Shown: piece by piece, positions 11,401 to 25,650 of the stretch
Layout of the letters: the number at the start of each line of letters is the position of its first letter
Numbering within the stretch: the first letter of the stretch is position 1
Assembly: GCA_036172245.1 (NCBI GenBank)
Contig: JAYWIR010000022.1
Location: 1,674,001-1,738,000, forward strand
Direction of reading: 5' to 3'
DNA from: Raillietiella orientalis
Lineage: Eukaryota
Length of the DNA: 64,000 bases
Notes under the pieces: model-generated
Database searches by the model: none
Seen by the model: only the letters and a program-made list of their open reading frames with translations
Told to the model about the DNA's origin: nothing
Made by a program: the position numbers and the translations under genes

Positions 11401-14400
11401 CTTTATATTGACAAAAGCTACTTGGTTTCGCCTGCCAACCTGCCAGGCGTCTCAGGCGGCGATCAGCACTGTTGAAAACACAGATCTCGTTTCAGATGGA
11501 AAGCAAGGATAGAAAGGAAAGTTTGGTTTCAGCATCCACGCAGGCATAGGGATGGCGCAGGGACAGAGTTCATCTCCTTGCCAATGGAGGCACGGAAACG
11601 GTTAGGCGGGAAATTCCAGCGTTTGACAGCAGGCTGAGACGTGTCACTGGTGAAAAAAAAAAAGCTCAAGATGTTACATGGGGCCCTACTAAAGATTCTT
11701 CTCCTAGGGATACCAATTCAGGAAGCTCGATTTAGCAAACAGGTCGTAGGTGTCGACATCCTCATGTAGCGATGATGATTTCATGTATCAATGCATTTTA
11801 TGTATTCATCCATCAAATTATCTTTTCTTGTTCCATTGCAGCTGTCACAGGTCATTCGGGGTTTTCATGCATCTTTGTTTTGACGAGATGGGCAGGCTTC
11901 AGCGACTCAGCCTGTCTATTTCGAACCGTCAGAAATTTGGTCGTTTTCAGGAAAAGCTACAAACATGAAAAAGAGCAGTTTGCGTTGAGGTCTTCCATTT
12001 CCACACGGAGTGGACGTCCCAGAAGCCGTCGGTGCCACTGCCGGCGGGGACGTGGTTTGTTGCAAAATACCGTTTGCCACAAAGTGGTTTTCTGGGTTTC
12101 CAAATCCGAAACTTGAGTTCCTTCGTTGCCAAAAGTGGAGGACGCATGAAAAAAAAAGGAAACAGAAAAAGGACCGGCCCTGCTGTGGTTGCGCGCGTGC
12201 TCTCTACCTGCTCCCTGTGTCTAAAGACCCATTTAGACGTCCCCGTCTACGGAATTGTTTAGTAAAAGGCGAACGGAATACTTTATTAAAACGAGAAAGA
12301 GTTATGCGTTAGAATGGAGACCTTTCTCGCGTTGCAAACGACCTGCGTGCCAAAGTTGCCTGAAGTCGACGGTGAAAAGATGGAAACGAAGCAACGGAGG
12401 CACACATTAAACAGGTTAAAAGATGATGAGAACGAGGACGAATCTACAGATGCATAGGGATTCTTCACCTGACTTCTTCAACAGAAGAAGCTCACGTGCA
12501 AAGTCAACGAAGACGGGAACAAAAGTGGACTACTCGGGTTTCGAAGCAAAACAGACATCTGTCCAAAAGAACCATGGAAACAAGTCCAGGACACAAACGA
12601 TTTGGAACCACTTATTGGGGACTGAAGTCTGCAATCCTGCTCGAGGTTTCCTAGCCTTCTCCTTGGTCTTGCCATCCCGGAACGCTCATAGCTTTCCCCT
12701 CCATTTTCCCCTTCCTTCCTCCTTTCCGCCCCATTCATTCCTCCTCCTTCCTCCTCCCTTTGGTTTTCGCGGAATTTCTTCCGGAAGACACGTCGAGGAG
12801 CCGAGGAAACAAATTTCTTCTTCCACGTATGGAAGAATTGGATAGTTTTTCTGTGGGGATAACAAGAAACCATCCAGGTATTCCCTGAGTCTCCAAATGG
12901 AATGGGGAATTCGTGGTAGGAGTGTCGATTAGCATCCTTGCATTAAGAAACGTAATTCACACAGCGCAGCATGTGAAAATTGGGATCGTTTTGGGATCAA
13001 AGGGAAGGGCAGAAAGGCAATGCTGTTAAACTTGGTGTACGGGTGATCAGAGAAAAACGCACATCTGCGAGCATCCGGCATTTTCACCACTTCCGATTCC
13101 AGAGTAGTTGATGGCAACATCCGGGAACGTTCGAAAAACGATTGGAAGAATGATGGACTCTACCGGGAAATTCCAATCAGAGTTCACAGTAAGAAAGTGT
13201 CAGGGAGAGAGAGAACAGACTCTGGACACTTTTGCCTACCGAGAGTCGTCAGGGAGGACGGCTCAGTGACTTCAGCTTCCACACGCGCTATGCTGTTGAG
13301 AGAACACATCGATGATTCAATCCTAGGATACCCTTTCTTGGGCGACGACCACTTGCAGCGGATCTTCGTTCGGCTCTGGTAAACAACTACGAGTCTCGCA
13401 AGACGAGCTCAAAGCTGATAACGACGGCATTCCTCACTTCAGCATGCAGGCATGCAAGCTTCTCGCTTTCAGGGAAGTCAGTGGGGCTTCGCAGTTCAGG
13501 TTCCAATGGACGCCAACGAAGGGTTTCCGCTTCCGGAAAAAGCGGGAAGAATTAATAGGTGGTGGCTGCGGGATGCATGCGACGATACGGAAAATATCGA
13601 CACTCTCGAGTGCTCCATGCCACCCATGACAGTGTGTTCCGAAAGATCATTCACGGTTCGAAGGCAAAGAGCGAATCGAGTAACCAATGGCTATTGCGTG
13701 ATTATCTGGTTTCTTTGCATACTCATTCCAACTTTTAGGGAGTTTCCATACTTTGAGATCAATCCTTACCGGCTCTATGCGAGGTACATCCGAATCCCAT
13801 GAGTGTTTCCTTAAGAGTATATCATTAGTGATGGGAGATTTTTAGGGTTTAGCATGCCTGGAGATGAAAGCACGTATTGCCTACCTCTTCGAAATTACTT
13901 TCACAACTATTTGTGTTGAGCCACGGAGCTCCGGAGTAGATTCGATAAAAGTTCCAGCCATCCGTCTTCGAGCCGTCAATTTGCATCTCGAAGAGTTGTG
14001 ACTCTGTTTGAGGGATGTGGAAGGAACGAGGTGAAGTTTGACTGGATAAATGAATTCGCAGAAATTTTCCTATTCAGCATCTCGTGTAGAATAATGGAAG
14101 CTTCGTCTCAGCACAATGATCTTCCATGGCAACGATAGATGTCCGGACATGCCTGATGAGCAGGTGGGGTTTCAGAAGTATTCATTCTTCCGATGTTCCT
14201 CCGATGTTCGGCAGTGCTTCTCGAGGGTGCTGAAGGGACTCCAACGACAAAGGTGCTCTTTCCTAAAACAGAGTGAAAGAGCTTTTCCGAAAGTGACTTC
14301 CCAGCAAGCTTCACGCGGTGGTGGAATCGGAAGGTTTCCGAATTACGGTCGTGTACATCACCTCTTTAAAGAGAACATCGAAGTTTCAAAGAGCCAAACG

Positions 14401-15049
14401 TTTCATAGAAAAGGTTGCAAGCATTTCAGGAAGAAAAGTGCATCAGCAATTTTCAGGTTTGCGCAGTTCCATGGAACGTTTTAGCTTTCCATCTTATCAA
14501 CACCGTGTCCTCTACCGGCACTGTCGAGAATTATTTCGTTTTGATTTCGCCACACTTTGCGGAGCCAACTTTTCATTCATTCTGGCAGTCACTCTGATCA
14601 TTCAAAAATGACGGATCCATAGATTGCGTGGCCTATTGTTCTATGCTTTCGCGTGGTCCTTCGCCGCCCATTTGTCCAGTGATCGCTGCAAAGTGGAACT
14701 GCATTTGGTAATCATGCCTTGAAGACCAACAGTTGCTATGGAAAAAGATCGTAGTTGCATCCTCGAGTTTTCCGATCTCTTACGATGGAATTCCTGAAAC
14801 ACGGATTTTGCAAGTCCTTAGACGGAGATAGATTAGGGTAGAGGAGTGCACACTGTGGAATGCGAGTGGAGCAGCCACGCAATAAAATCCCTTCGACAAA
14901 AACGAAAGGGATAACATAAATGGATGAGAGAGAACTTGCTTTCTGGACAACTATGACGTCTTACTTAAAAAGTATCGGTTAAATTGTATCATAATCTTGA
15001 TCCATCTCAAGGAGGTGAAGAGGATAACCGAGAAATGGTCTGCGTGGCT

Positions 15050-16230
15050 TGCAAGAATGGACTAGGAGCAGAATTTTTGCGGACGGAGAGGACGGCTATC
15101 CCTCATTTTTACCAAAGAGCTCCGCACTTTGGAAAAGACAGAGATGTACACAGGTGAATTGGTATCGTGACCGTGATCTTTCATTCAGGAGAATCAGGCA
15201 ATTCGCATCTCACGTTGAAGAGTCGAAGAAAAGACTCCTCGAAGCGCTTCATGAGGAGAGCAACAGCAAGTGCTCACTGCACTTTCTGTTGCCCAGGTCA
15301 ATCGTGAACTCCAAGGGAACGAAGTTTTCAAGCAAATCCGCGGACACGAAGCGGCAGCCACACTGCTCGCAAGCTGTGGACTCGTTTATCGGGGTTCTGT
15401 CGCTGACGCATCGACGTTTCGTTTAGCCCACTGCAGCGTAGTCGATGGTCACCGACTTCCCCTTCAGTCACCAGCAATAGAAAGCTTATTCGCCTGCAGC
15501 CGAACTTACGACGACACGATGGCAGATACATCATCACCCATGAGCAACGTTTGAAGATGACGCGATCTTTTCCGTGAGCCCGAAGAACCTGGATGTGCCT
15601 TTCTTCGAGGACGAGGTTGCGTCTGCAAGAACATTCGGCAACAACGAGTGCTTTGGAACAGAGAGATTTACTCTTTCTCATTTTAGTCTGTGAATGAGAC
15701 AGCGCTGTATCCCGAACTGGCCGTCTGGAGGGCACCACTCACGAGACGAGAAAATCGATTCATCAGGTCAACTGCTGTACTTCGAGATTACGGAAAGTCT
15801 ATCTTCGGAGAAAGTTCGTTGAGAAAGCGTGGGCGCTGCTGCGCTTATAGATTCGACAGCCAAAGCAGCGAACGGCAAGTTGAAAGAGCGTCCATTTGCG
15901 ATTCGAGGATAACAACCACCTTTGGTTGCTTCTGTCCACGTCGGTTGTTGCACTTGCCGCATCCAAGAGCGACAAGGGAAAGTTTGCACCAAGTGTTCCC
16001 TCGTCTGCTCGCGGTGGAGGCGAATAAGCAAAGTAAAGGGAGCACCGGACAACAGGCAGAGCTACCAGGACAAATCGATGCTCTTTCTTGGCACTGCCCT
16101 CGGATGACTGTCCCCAAATTCGCATTGCTGTGGTGCTCCACAGGAAGCCGATACGATCGGTATTGCTACGGGAAACCGGGAGCTGGCTGAACGAGCGCTT
16201 GCTGTAACTATAGATCCTGGAGCAATCCTT
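15050..16230 (-). mobile_element. Decayed L1/Tx1-like ORF2 3' remnant
   Basis: LGTVIRGQCQERASI resembles IGPFLEGKFPERAAV. TLQWAKRN resembles LLHWGLPCN. ACEQCGCR resembles the zinc-finger NCARCGER. Confidence 0.5.
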
Positions 16231-16239
16231 GAAGGAAAT

Positions 16240-18130
16240 TTCTCATCCGTTCATGCCTGGGCGTTTATTTTATGAAAAATAAACCGGTTGGGAATCCAGT
16301 TCCTTACCGTGGAAAACAGAAGTTCAAGGGACGCATCCACCGACAGGTAGGTCGAGACAGCATAATGTCCGGAACAGGTGTGGGCCAAGAAGACAAAAAA
16401 AAACAAAGAAAAAATGAAAATCGATAACATTAGATGGTTGGGAGCAGAGATCCTTGTGTTCGCTGTGTGCGCAACGGTGTGAAGACAAAAAGCACCGGGA
16501 AAGTTAAGAAGCGAATGGGGATGAGGAATGAGAAAAAAATAATAATGGAAGGATGGGAATAGAGGTCTCCGGGTCCGTCGCTGATAACTGTACATCAAAT
16601 AGGAAAAGATGACGGTGATCTCCTTCGCATCCTTTTCCAGGTAAGGCAACCTTGCACCCGCCCTCATGTAGGCAGCTGTCATCGTGGTGACCTCTTTTCT
16701 CTACGCGATAGTCTCCACCACAGTCGGGCCTTGATGATGGAGCGGATGCAACACATGGTTGCCATCACCGCTCCAGTCGACAGTCCTCTGGGCGCGAACA
16801 TCGGCCGCATCACGACTCGGGCGGCGTCCTCCTGGTGAAGGAGTGCCATTGCTAGCCTCCACCACAGTTCATGGAGCTGACAGCAGTCCAAGAGCAGGCG
16901 CAGAATCGATTCCATCGACGCTCACTTGCACAGATCGCGGATGCATCAACTGCGGAACTTGGTTCCGTGGCTCGTTACATTGAAATTTCCAATGAAGACA
17001 GAGCAGTACGAGTGGAAACACCGAACCATTTAAAGGATGGAAAGGGACCACGAGTTCTTGAGGGACAACATTGAAAAGTTCGACCCACCGAAGCAGTCCC
17101 GTCGTCACATAACGGAGAGTTACAGCATCTACCAACTAAGGAGTCTTCCAGGCATGGAGGGGTCTTGTTTTTCCAGCGATGGTGCAGGAAAACTCCCACC
17201 ACGCCGGTGGGCTACTTTCATCGTTTGCCCTGAGGGCGGAAGGCGCAACGGCAAGCGATGCGGTCAGCGTCCATCGGAAAGTCCACCAAAGGGTGACTCA
17301 GGAGGAGTCGCAGGAGACCATGTTCCTCTGCATTCATTCCTGGGAACGTAACCCAGGAAACCATGGTCTGTGTCGCCGAGCAGCGAACCGCAGAGGCCGA
17401 CAGCAGATCCACAGATGTACTTCGGGAAAGGAGGCATATTGCTTCAGAAGGTCGGCGAAATAGAGAAACAAACACGAGGAACGCTACGATGACGGCGATT
17501 CTCTGAACAAATTCGCGTTCAGAGTCGCGTTCCTGGTCCATCGCAGGAAGGTGAGAGCGCTGCACGGTCTAGCCTTCGACGAGGAGGCACATGTCGGCCA
17601 TCCTGCAATCATTCGATCGGACGGCTTGCTCTAATTCGATCGATCCATCCGGCCGGTCGAGACAACTTCATCGACATGTCGGAAGAATGAAATTCTCCAA
17701 CGCCTTCGATAGCCAATGGCTCGCATACCCAGCTCCAGAGCGGTGCATCTCCTTGAAAGATTTCAATGACCGCCTGCTTTCAAACGAGAGCTGCTCTCTG
17801 TGGGAAAGATCGCGGGTCAACGAGGTACGATCCATCCGACGCAAGTAGCGTTGTAATGTCCCACTACTCCTCGCAGACGTACCGACTGAAAGCAGCCTTG
17901 CGGAGCTGATCATGCCGGAGGTTGCCATCGCCGTCGACGAGGAGAAATGCTTACGCCTCGACGAGTTCCTCACGTGGGGTGAAGTTTCCTCTGGCATCAC
18001 CGGTATCGAAAGACGAAAGAACTGATTGAGGATGGCCTTTGCGAGGAGTCCCTTCAGGGCTTGGAGGCAGACCTCGCTAGTCTGGTGCTCGTCATCTCGG
18101 TGCTGAGGAGATTTGCACCAGCTCATGCTG
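16240..18130 (-). mobile_element. Decayed L1/Tx1-like ORF2 3' half with 3'UTR
   Basis: GLLRWVELFNV, LHWKFQCN, ESILRLLLDC and MCCIRSII align to the 57 kb ORF2. T-rich 3'UTR, with AATAAACGCCCAGG at ~16256-16269. Confidence 0.72.
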
Positions 18131-18344
18131 CAACGTTAATTAGAAAAAAAATGAGCTATAAGTTCCAAGGGCGTAGTGACCCTTCGTTACAAGAGATGCC
18201 TTCTACACAAAAAAAGACCACCGGAATAGCCGACGAGAACAGGACGTCGGCTGCCGAGTGGCCCATGTTCCAGAGAACGTGAGGAGCCAGATCACCGGCA
18301 TCCAAAACCGGTTCTGAAGAAAAGAAACCGCCCAAACCAACGAT

Positions 18345-18545
18345 TACTGTCCCCTCTCCCCCCCGTATCTTTATTCCTATTTTTTATATGTGTGTTTGTG
18401 GTCCCCTCCCTCCAGTTACAGACCTTCGGTTTACCGGCCTGCGTGTCGGGATTCGCCCCTTCGTTTCCACTGTATCCTTTGTCCGGGAACTCTGTTCCTA
18501 GATAGTTTAGCAATAAACGCCCCGACGCACCCGGGGGAGAAACAG
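18345..18545 (+). mobile_element. Isolated LINE 3'UTR/terminus of the same family
   Basis: A pyrimidine/T-rich tract is followed by AATAAACGCCCCGACGCACCCGGGGGAGAAA (from 18512), matching the family 3' terminus. Confidence 0.55.
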
Positions 18546-18549
18546 CAAC

Positions 18550-19120
18550 CGTCTTCATCCAGCCGTCGGTGCAGAAGCGTTGTTGAAATCGGTTTCCTTC
18601 CGCTGACGGAGTGCCGGAGGGAGTCTTTGCAATAAGTCCTCCTGGACACGGAAGTCCAACAGGAGGTGCGGAAACGATTCCATCGCCTCGCACCCAAGAC
18701 AGTTCGGGGAGGCAACTTTCCCGTAAAGTAGCTGTCTTCGTTGATTGCACTGGAACCCCCAGTGGAGAACAGCAGAACATCCTCTTCCACTGAAGCGGAA
18801 ACACAGAGGTGTCCACACACAGGGAACGGACCACGAGTTCTTCGGAGGCACTCCGAGCAAATCACTCCTCCGAAGGACTTTGCCCGGAAACGAGGAATGG
18901 CGTCGTCTACCAACACGCTCGTCTTGCAGCGGTTGAGGAGTTCTCGACACTTTCAATGCAGCACGAGAAGTCGCACACTGCCGGTCGGATGCTATCATGT
19001 ATTGCCCGGAGGGCAGACAGCGCTGCAGAAAAGGTTGTGACGACTATCCGGGACCATTCGTCCAATCCAGCAGAAGATCTACCAGCGGTTCGCGAGAAGG
19101 TATTGCCGCGACACTGAGGT
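18550..19120 (-). mobile_element. L1/Tx1-like ORF2 zinc-finger remnant
   Basis: VLHWGFQCNQRRQLLYGKVASPNCLGCEAMESFPHLL in ORF 18555-18998. Confidence 0.78.
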
Positions 19121-19329
19121 TTTAACCCTGCCACGCTGGGATGTTTATTTTGAAAAACCAAAACAAACCACAAGCTTGAGAGAAAATGTACTTCTCCCAA
19201 TCAACAAGAAAAGCCAACAAAAAAGAAGTCAATCGGGAATGATCACGCGGCTTACGAAAAGTAGAGAACGGAAGGAGAAAACAAATAAAAAAAGATGCAT
19301 GGGAGGAGAAAAAGGTCTTTGGTATCTAA

Positions 19330-21300
19330 CATTCCTTGATTTTTGAAAGCAGCACTGGATGCTGGCAATTTCCCTCGAGACTTCTAGCAGATGATGTCAC
19401 CTCACCGCTGCGCTCGTGAGGACTCCTGACATGCTGGTGGTCTCTCTTCGCCGCGAAGTTGCTACGAAGAAACGGCGAGCTGTCACCATGGCACAAATGA
19501 AATAAATTGTCGGGATCCAGTGCCCTTCTCCAGTGCGTCACCAGTCACCAGAAGATGCTCCGCAGCAGGGCCGTGGTGGTGTCCTGCGGCTGACGGAGGG
19601 CCGAAGAGAACCTTAGCCACAGGTTCTGCACGGATCTGGAGTTCAAGAAAAGTTGCGGGGCGATGGAATCGCCCCGCACTGTAGACACCTCGGGGAGGCA
19701 GCTCCCCCTGAAACCAGGTGTTTGAGTCGATTGCGCTGGAACTCCCAGTGCAGAAACAGCAGAACATCCTGTTTCCAGAATAGTGGGAACGAAAAGGGAC
19801 ACTGAAGAGAAAGGCAGGAGATGAGCGCATCGTTCCCACGTTTGTGCACCAGGAGAACTTGCACGCTGAAGCTGCTATGAAGGATCCAAGAGTGTCCTCG
19901 ATATGCCCGCATTGGACTTGTGCTCGCCCAAAACGGTGCATGGCTGCAAACCTTCCTTCTAAAAGGTCCTAGTTTACTCTGCAAAATCGCGTTACCTTGC
20001 GGATAGGAATGATCCAATGTCCACTGCAACCGAGCATGAGCAAACTTCGGAAGCCTTGGTGGTCGCGGTGGACCTGCACACAGCAGACCGCTGCGGCTAC
20101 CCACGAACTCCTTCTTGAGAACTGTGCACGTCTCAGTGGACTTACGTTCTCTTCGTCAACTAGCATCCCTGCCGGAGCAACGCAAGCATAAATTGAGGTT
20201 TCGAGCAGTCGCAGCGTGAGCGGTTACTTGCGCTCAAGCATCAGGCCGGGCGGCAGTTCCAACTCCCTGCCGTTCAGCATCTTCTAGGAGTTGGTGCTGA
20301 GGACGCATGGGAGGAAGCTAGCCCAACTGACGAGCTCCTGCCCGTGAACGTCTGCGCTGGTACTCTCTTTGGGCAACTTGAGGCTCCTGATGGTGAAATC
20401 CACTCGGGAGGAAAGGCTCGAGATCTTCCAGATTCTGCGTTCTACAGTAGGAAAAATCGTTTCCGTTTCCGAGAGGCAGCCAACGACCAGTGCGCCATCT
20501 TGTGCGTCCTGACTATCCCGAAAAGCCGACTTCAAGCGCGTTTCCCCTCACTGGTATTCTGTCAGATGGCGGATCTCCCTTCTGTGTGTGCCAGCACGCC
20601 TCCCCCACGAGATGCGGCGGTTAAGAAGGATTTTTCACGTCGATTTCGCGCGGTCGACACTGGATGCAAGGATTCTCTCTTCTCCTGAGGAAACTGATTG
20701 CCTTTTCTCCGAGAAAACCACTCTTGGATATTTCATTGCACTAGAAACCGGAACGTCTGGCGGCAGGAAGCGTGGACATGCTGGGTTGCTACTCTCTAGC
20801 TGCTGCCGGAGGGAACCCTTGAAGTGCGGAAATTCGTGTTCGGACCCATGCGAGATGTCCGGCAGGTGTGGACGCAGCGGTCCCGGATATCCGTACATGC
20901 TCAGTCCCGGCGCTGTTCAATCCAAATTGAAAAATTTGAATGCAGCCAGCCGGTTGCGTGAGAGGTGAGCAGCAAAATTGCATGAGTGAAGAAACTCCTC
21001 GAAGTCTGAAAGGCGGGCGAGTATTCGAATGCGGTCACTCGTTCGTGGGACGAGGAACTCCTTTCGATGGAGCGTCCTGCTTTGCTTGTCCCTCGAGGGA
21101 GCAGGGATGTCTCTCCCTTGAGTGCAAACACTGCGGTGCTTCCTTTTCCGGTAGAAACAGCAAAGCTGCACTTAGGTTTGGCGAGTAATGGGCTCAGACA
21201 CCTGGCTTCTGGGAGTGTTGCATCCTCCATCTGTTCACGGTCCGCCGTTCACTGCGCTGTCCTCGAGGGATTCCGTTAGAAGACCTAAATTAAACAACTC
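19330..21300 (-). mobile_element. Decayed L1/Tx1-like ORF2 (RT to zinc finger)
   Basis: PLFWKQDVLLFLHWEFQRN...CLQCG (ORF 19643-20104) and MKYPRV (KYLG-like, ORF 20635-20898). DNA similarity to 18600-18800. Confidence 0.62.
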
Positions 21301-22849
21301 TCCATCGTCGTCCTCCACTAGCCGGAGAACACCGCAATGAACTTGCCGCGGGGTTCCTCCATTCAAGGAGGACTTTCCGCAGGCGCCTCTTGCATCCAAG
21401 TCGTCGTGACCAGCCGTTACGTGCTGGAGCTTCGAACGTAGTTAAGGGTGGTCACACGACGGTTGCAAGCTGCCTGGTGTCTAGCAGGATGTCTCCCGAG
21501 TACTCTACCGCTAAGCAGAGCCAACGCTCCTCATGAAGCGGTTTCTGGAACCAAAGACTTTTCATAGCTCTTCTTTAGTTATGGCTCCCTCCCTCCTACT
21601 CTGCGCTTGCATGAAAACCCGCACTCCGTGCCGGCGTTTGTTCCGTTGAACTTATTTTGTTGTGGTCTTTGTTTACGGGTAACGAAGTTTCCAGTTGCAT
21701 GGATGGATGTTTGTTTTTGAATGCACTTCTCGGCGGCCACGGGACCAAACGCACTCGTGCCGATTTTCCTTCGCTCCGGCGCCGGCCGTGACGAGCACGA
21801 TGGGATGATTTCGCTCCGAAGGCACTTTCAAGTGTTCGTTCAGCTGGATACGACTGAGTGTCTTGGAGACTCCTTCCACTCGCACTGTCACGACGCCTCT
21901 TACCAGAATCACACATCGATGCACTACTTTTTTTACGGGAAGAACAGTTTCTCCCGGATGGCTGAAACTTCCACCCGATGGCGGGTTTGTTAGTAGCGAA
22001 TTCAACGCAGAGCAGGACGGAAGCCGCCATTTTGCCAAGCATTTCGTGTAGGATCCTACCGCTCAGGCGAGGAATATCGAAGGCTGTTCGCACGGCTGAG
22101 GGATCCCTACGATCGCATTGATGAGATGAAAGTTGATCTTTTGCCGGTGGATCGCACAGTCACTCACCGCGTTGAGCTTGAGGTTACCGTGGAGAAAGTG
22201 ACGATGGTCATTTTGGGATTGAATTTCTCCTGCATCACGCTTTCGTGTTCCATCCAAGGTCCTCCGGTTCCATCCTGTTCCGTGGCTTTCACGGACTCTC
22301 CTATCGAAAAGATGGCAGCCTCCTCTGCGAACGAATGCTCGATTGCCTCCTCTGCAGTTGCTGTTGTGACGCTACCGGCCTTTCTCCCTTAGTTGTTAAG
22401 ATGACTTGCATCCCGATTGCACTCTCGGATTTCGAATGGTGACTCGGTTTCCGCTGCTGGCGGTTCACTCGCATCGAGAAAGGTACATCGCACGGGGCTA
22501 CTTTGCGACGTTTCACGCGGCCTGCGCGAGGCATCGAGGACCTCAACGAGCAAAGAGGCGACTGGGTTTCCTTCCTCGAGTACGGTGCTGCCCTCGGGCC
22601 AATCAACCGGCCAGCTGCAAAAGTTGAGATCCCTTCGCATGAGTAGGCGGAGGAGCGTGCTCTCTCGCTTGCGAAGTGAGCGGGCACGGAGGTGAGCGAG
22701 AAGGGGATGGAAAGTCTCGCATTCCTCAAGGGTATTGAGGGAAGCGATGGTTTGCAGAGATGGCATCTCCTTGTTGGTAACGGGGTGAAGAGAGCGATCA
22801 CTCGGGAATCACGCATGCGAGCCCTTGTGACCGAAATAATCCAAGGGAA

Positions 22850-23950
22850 TTCGCCACTTTCTCGAGTTGGGACGAGCAGGCAGAGTGGACGGCGAAGAAG
22901 GAAAACAAAGAAGAGAGGAAGGAAAGATTTCCCCTGGAGGACGGACATTGGCGTTGCGCCAGAGACTTCAGAGTCAGGTCGCAACTCGCGGCTGGAATCG
23001 GGTGAGGTCAGAGAGAAAAGCAATCCATCACCCTCTGCAGAAACGCTGCAACCGGACTTGCTGGGCTCTGACGCTCCTCGTCAGCGCACGACAACGCAGC
23101 GTGGCCGTTCTCAATCCACAGTGGATGGACGGCGGCATTTCGTTGAGGCTGTCGGAAGCCTACCTGTTTGAAGAACACTTCCGCAGATCCATAGCCTGGC
23201 TGGCGTGCCTGGTCAACGTGACAGCTGAAGGTGTGACTCCACGCTCTGCGCATGGAAACGCGTGGCAAAGCAAGCTGCAGGGTGGATTTGTGCATGTGGC
23301 ATCGCATGCAGCCTGAGGCCACCCGCTCTCCCGACGTTTCAAGGTACTTCAGACTGCATGAAATCACCACGGGGAACAGCGGCCCTGCAATTGTGCTGCC
23401 AGCGCAGAGGCAGGGTTCTTGCCTGCAGGAGCATTTCGGACACGATGATTTCATGCAAAACCAAGCAACGACCTTTCCTCATCGGCACACGCAGCAGATC
23501 GAGTTCACACGGAAGATTGCGGTTCAGTAGCTGCTGTCCTTTCAGAGCATCCCGAGCTCTTTCCACTTCCTGGATGGAGCCAAAGGACTGCCATCGCTCG
23601 GGATCGCCACGGCAGTGAACCTCTCGATAGGCGTGAGTAAGCCAAGCTCCGCAGCAGACACGTACCGGGAGACCCCGAGCAAGCCAGGTGTAGGACGGTG
23701 TGCAGAACATCGCGAGAGGTGCGCTTCAGGTGGGACTGCGTGGACAGCGTTTCCAGGAGTCAGGTGCTGGAGTTGACAGGCATGTGGGAGATTCATACGT
23801 GGCCCACCAGGACATCGGCGTGTTTACGCAGAAGAAACCCCAACGGCGTCCGAAGAGCCGGACTCCTGGGCACGATGAAACTGAGGCTTTCACCATCCAC
23901 CACGCGCTTCAGCAGCTCTCCAGGTCTCTCGAGAAGTTCTTTTTTCAGTG
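22850..23950 (+). mobile_element. Possible RTE-like LINE remnant (EN and RT pieces)
   Basis: RTDIGVAPET resembles the EN DI..LSET motif. DSVSRSQVL...GVRRAG...TEAFTI resembles the RT AFDSVSR...VR...EAF.I segment. Very degenerate. Confidence 0.33.
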
Positions 23951-24899
23951 TGGCGAGCAGCAGCTGGCGCCACGCTAACGGTATAGTGAGAAAGTCGAGA
24001 CCCTCATCTCGGCAGGGCGACAAAGCTCTTTAACCAGGAAGTGCGCTTTCCGCGAGGACGTCCAAAGGATGACCCGACGCTTCAGGGAAGAAAAGACACA
24101 AGCGGGAGGCAAGGAAGGGGAAAAGGCCATTCAAGGCCATTCAAGCGGTTGTCCGTATCAGGGTACGGGGATGCCCAGCTGAGAAGGGAAGTGCCTCTTG
24201 CACGCCTCATTTTAGGTGGGCTCCCTTGTGCGGGCGAGTTCACCGATGCTCTCTCGGGACCTCCAGCGAGGTGCCTGTCGGCATACCGAAAAAATTCCTA
24301 GGACTTCTGCGCCCTCGCAGGTCGTTCCTGATAAGACGACCACCGACTTGTGCCTGTTCACTGCCGTATGTGCCACCGGTACCGTCCAGCAGCACAAGGC
24401 CTCGACGGATTCCGTAAGGGTGCATTGCTCGTCAGCGTGGGTGCGCACGGCCAAGAGAAACGGGGATGCTTAAGCAAAAGTCCACCAACCTTCGCTTGCA
24501 TTTTTGCAGCAGCACTCCGAAGTATATGCTGAAGAGAATCGGGCGAAGGATGATGTGTGCAAGCCGGATTCAGCCGCGTGCCGGTGCCGCCCACACTGAG
24601 CACTCGGCGAAGTAGATGCTGACGAGCACCTGTTTCGAATCGATCCTAGATACGTGGATTGGTTCCCTGTGGGCGAGACACCTGTCAGCAGCTCCAGTGC
24701 AATTTCTCAGTAAACGCTGTCGAACGTCTTCCATACGTCGTCGGCCGCGTGCTGCGTACTGCGTTTGCTTCCAACGGAAACCGTGGCTCCAGCGCCACCC
24801 GTCGACCTTGTTGAGCCCACCGCCGCCTATGCGGTTCGCGCTGAACCATAGGTAGGATTGGCGTGTCCTACACGTTCCTGGAGACAAAAACCAATTTTC

Positions 24900-25650
24900 A
24901 TAAGGAACGGGATGACGCTCACGCTGCTGACGAGAACAGCATGTCTCTGCTCCTGCACGAATAGCGACCTCGTCATCCTTCGTCGGCTCACCGTCGAGAA
25001 ATTGGAAGCGACCCGACGACCGCGTTCGCGACGGACATCGGTCGTCAGCATGTAATTTGACAGAGGACATCTTCCAGTTGTGCAGGGAGAAGCCTCGCTG
25101 TGAAGACTCGCTGCAGACAAGTAGCTTTGAGATTTTTCGGAACAATGCAAGTACCAAAAGCAGGCACTAGTTGGAGGAACCCTTGTGGGGTTTGCTTTGT
25201 GCAATTCGTTCTTTGGCAAGACTTCACTGCCTTTCGTCTGGACCACGACCTGCATGACCTTGTCGCGCGCGAGCAGCCCCGCCAAATCGGCACTCCACAT
25301 CCTTCCTAGACAAGGTCAGCGGACGAGTATCCGCTCAGGTGCTGCAAGCGAGGATGGCTCATGAGCTAGTGATTCCGTGCCGTGCGCCTGGCATCACGTG
25401 GATGATGCCCTCGCGGCCTTAGCGCTGGCATACAGAATCTCGGCGTGGAACCATTCTGACCGTGTCTCCATGGCGGTCTGGATAACGAACCAGTCCCGAT
25501 TTTCTCGAGCTTCCCAAAAGTCCGAGTGTTCTTTCGGAGCAGCGAGATCGTCTGCGGATTCCGCAACTGCATGGTAGAGAGTGTGCCGTGATCGCTTGGT
25601 CTACGCACGCGAGCATTCCCGTGCAAGAGTGGCTGCAGCAAGTACGGCAC
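24900..25650 (-). mobile_element. Possible jockey/CR1-type RT remnant
   Basis: In order: NPQTISLL..TFGKLEKI (YRPISL..LEKI-like), QNGSTPR, TRVPPTS (GVPQGS-like) and SSVKLHADD. Confidence 0.4.

Noticed and set aside
14070..14290. Walker A/B-like GKSTFV ... *DEASII on the minus strand
   Set aside because: The P-loop is incomplete, there is a stop at the Walker B position and no supporting motifs. The region 11.5-15 kb remains unassigned.
15030..18100. Apparent Gypsy gag/pol motifs on the plus strand (WSAWLAR, IEKFDP, KVHQRVTQEE, LDEFLTWG)
   Set aside because: The minus strand aligns better and colinearly to the local L1/Tx1 ORF2, so the plus-strand motifs are antisense coincidences.
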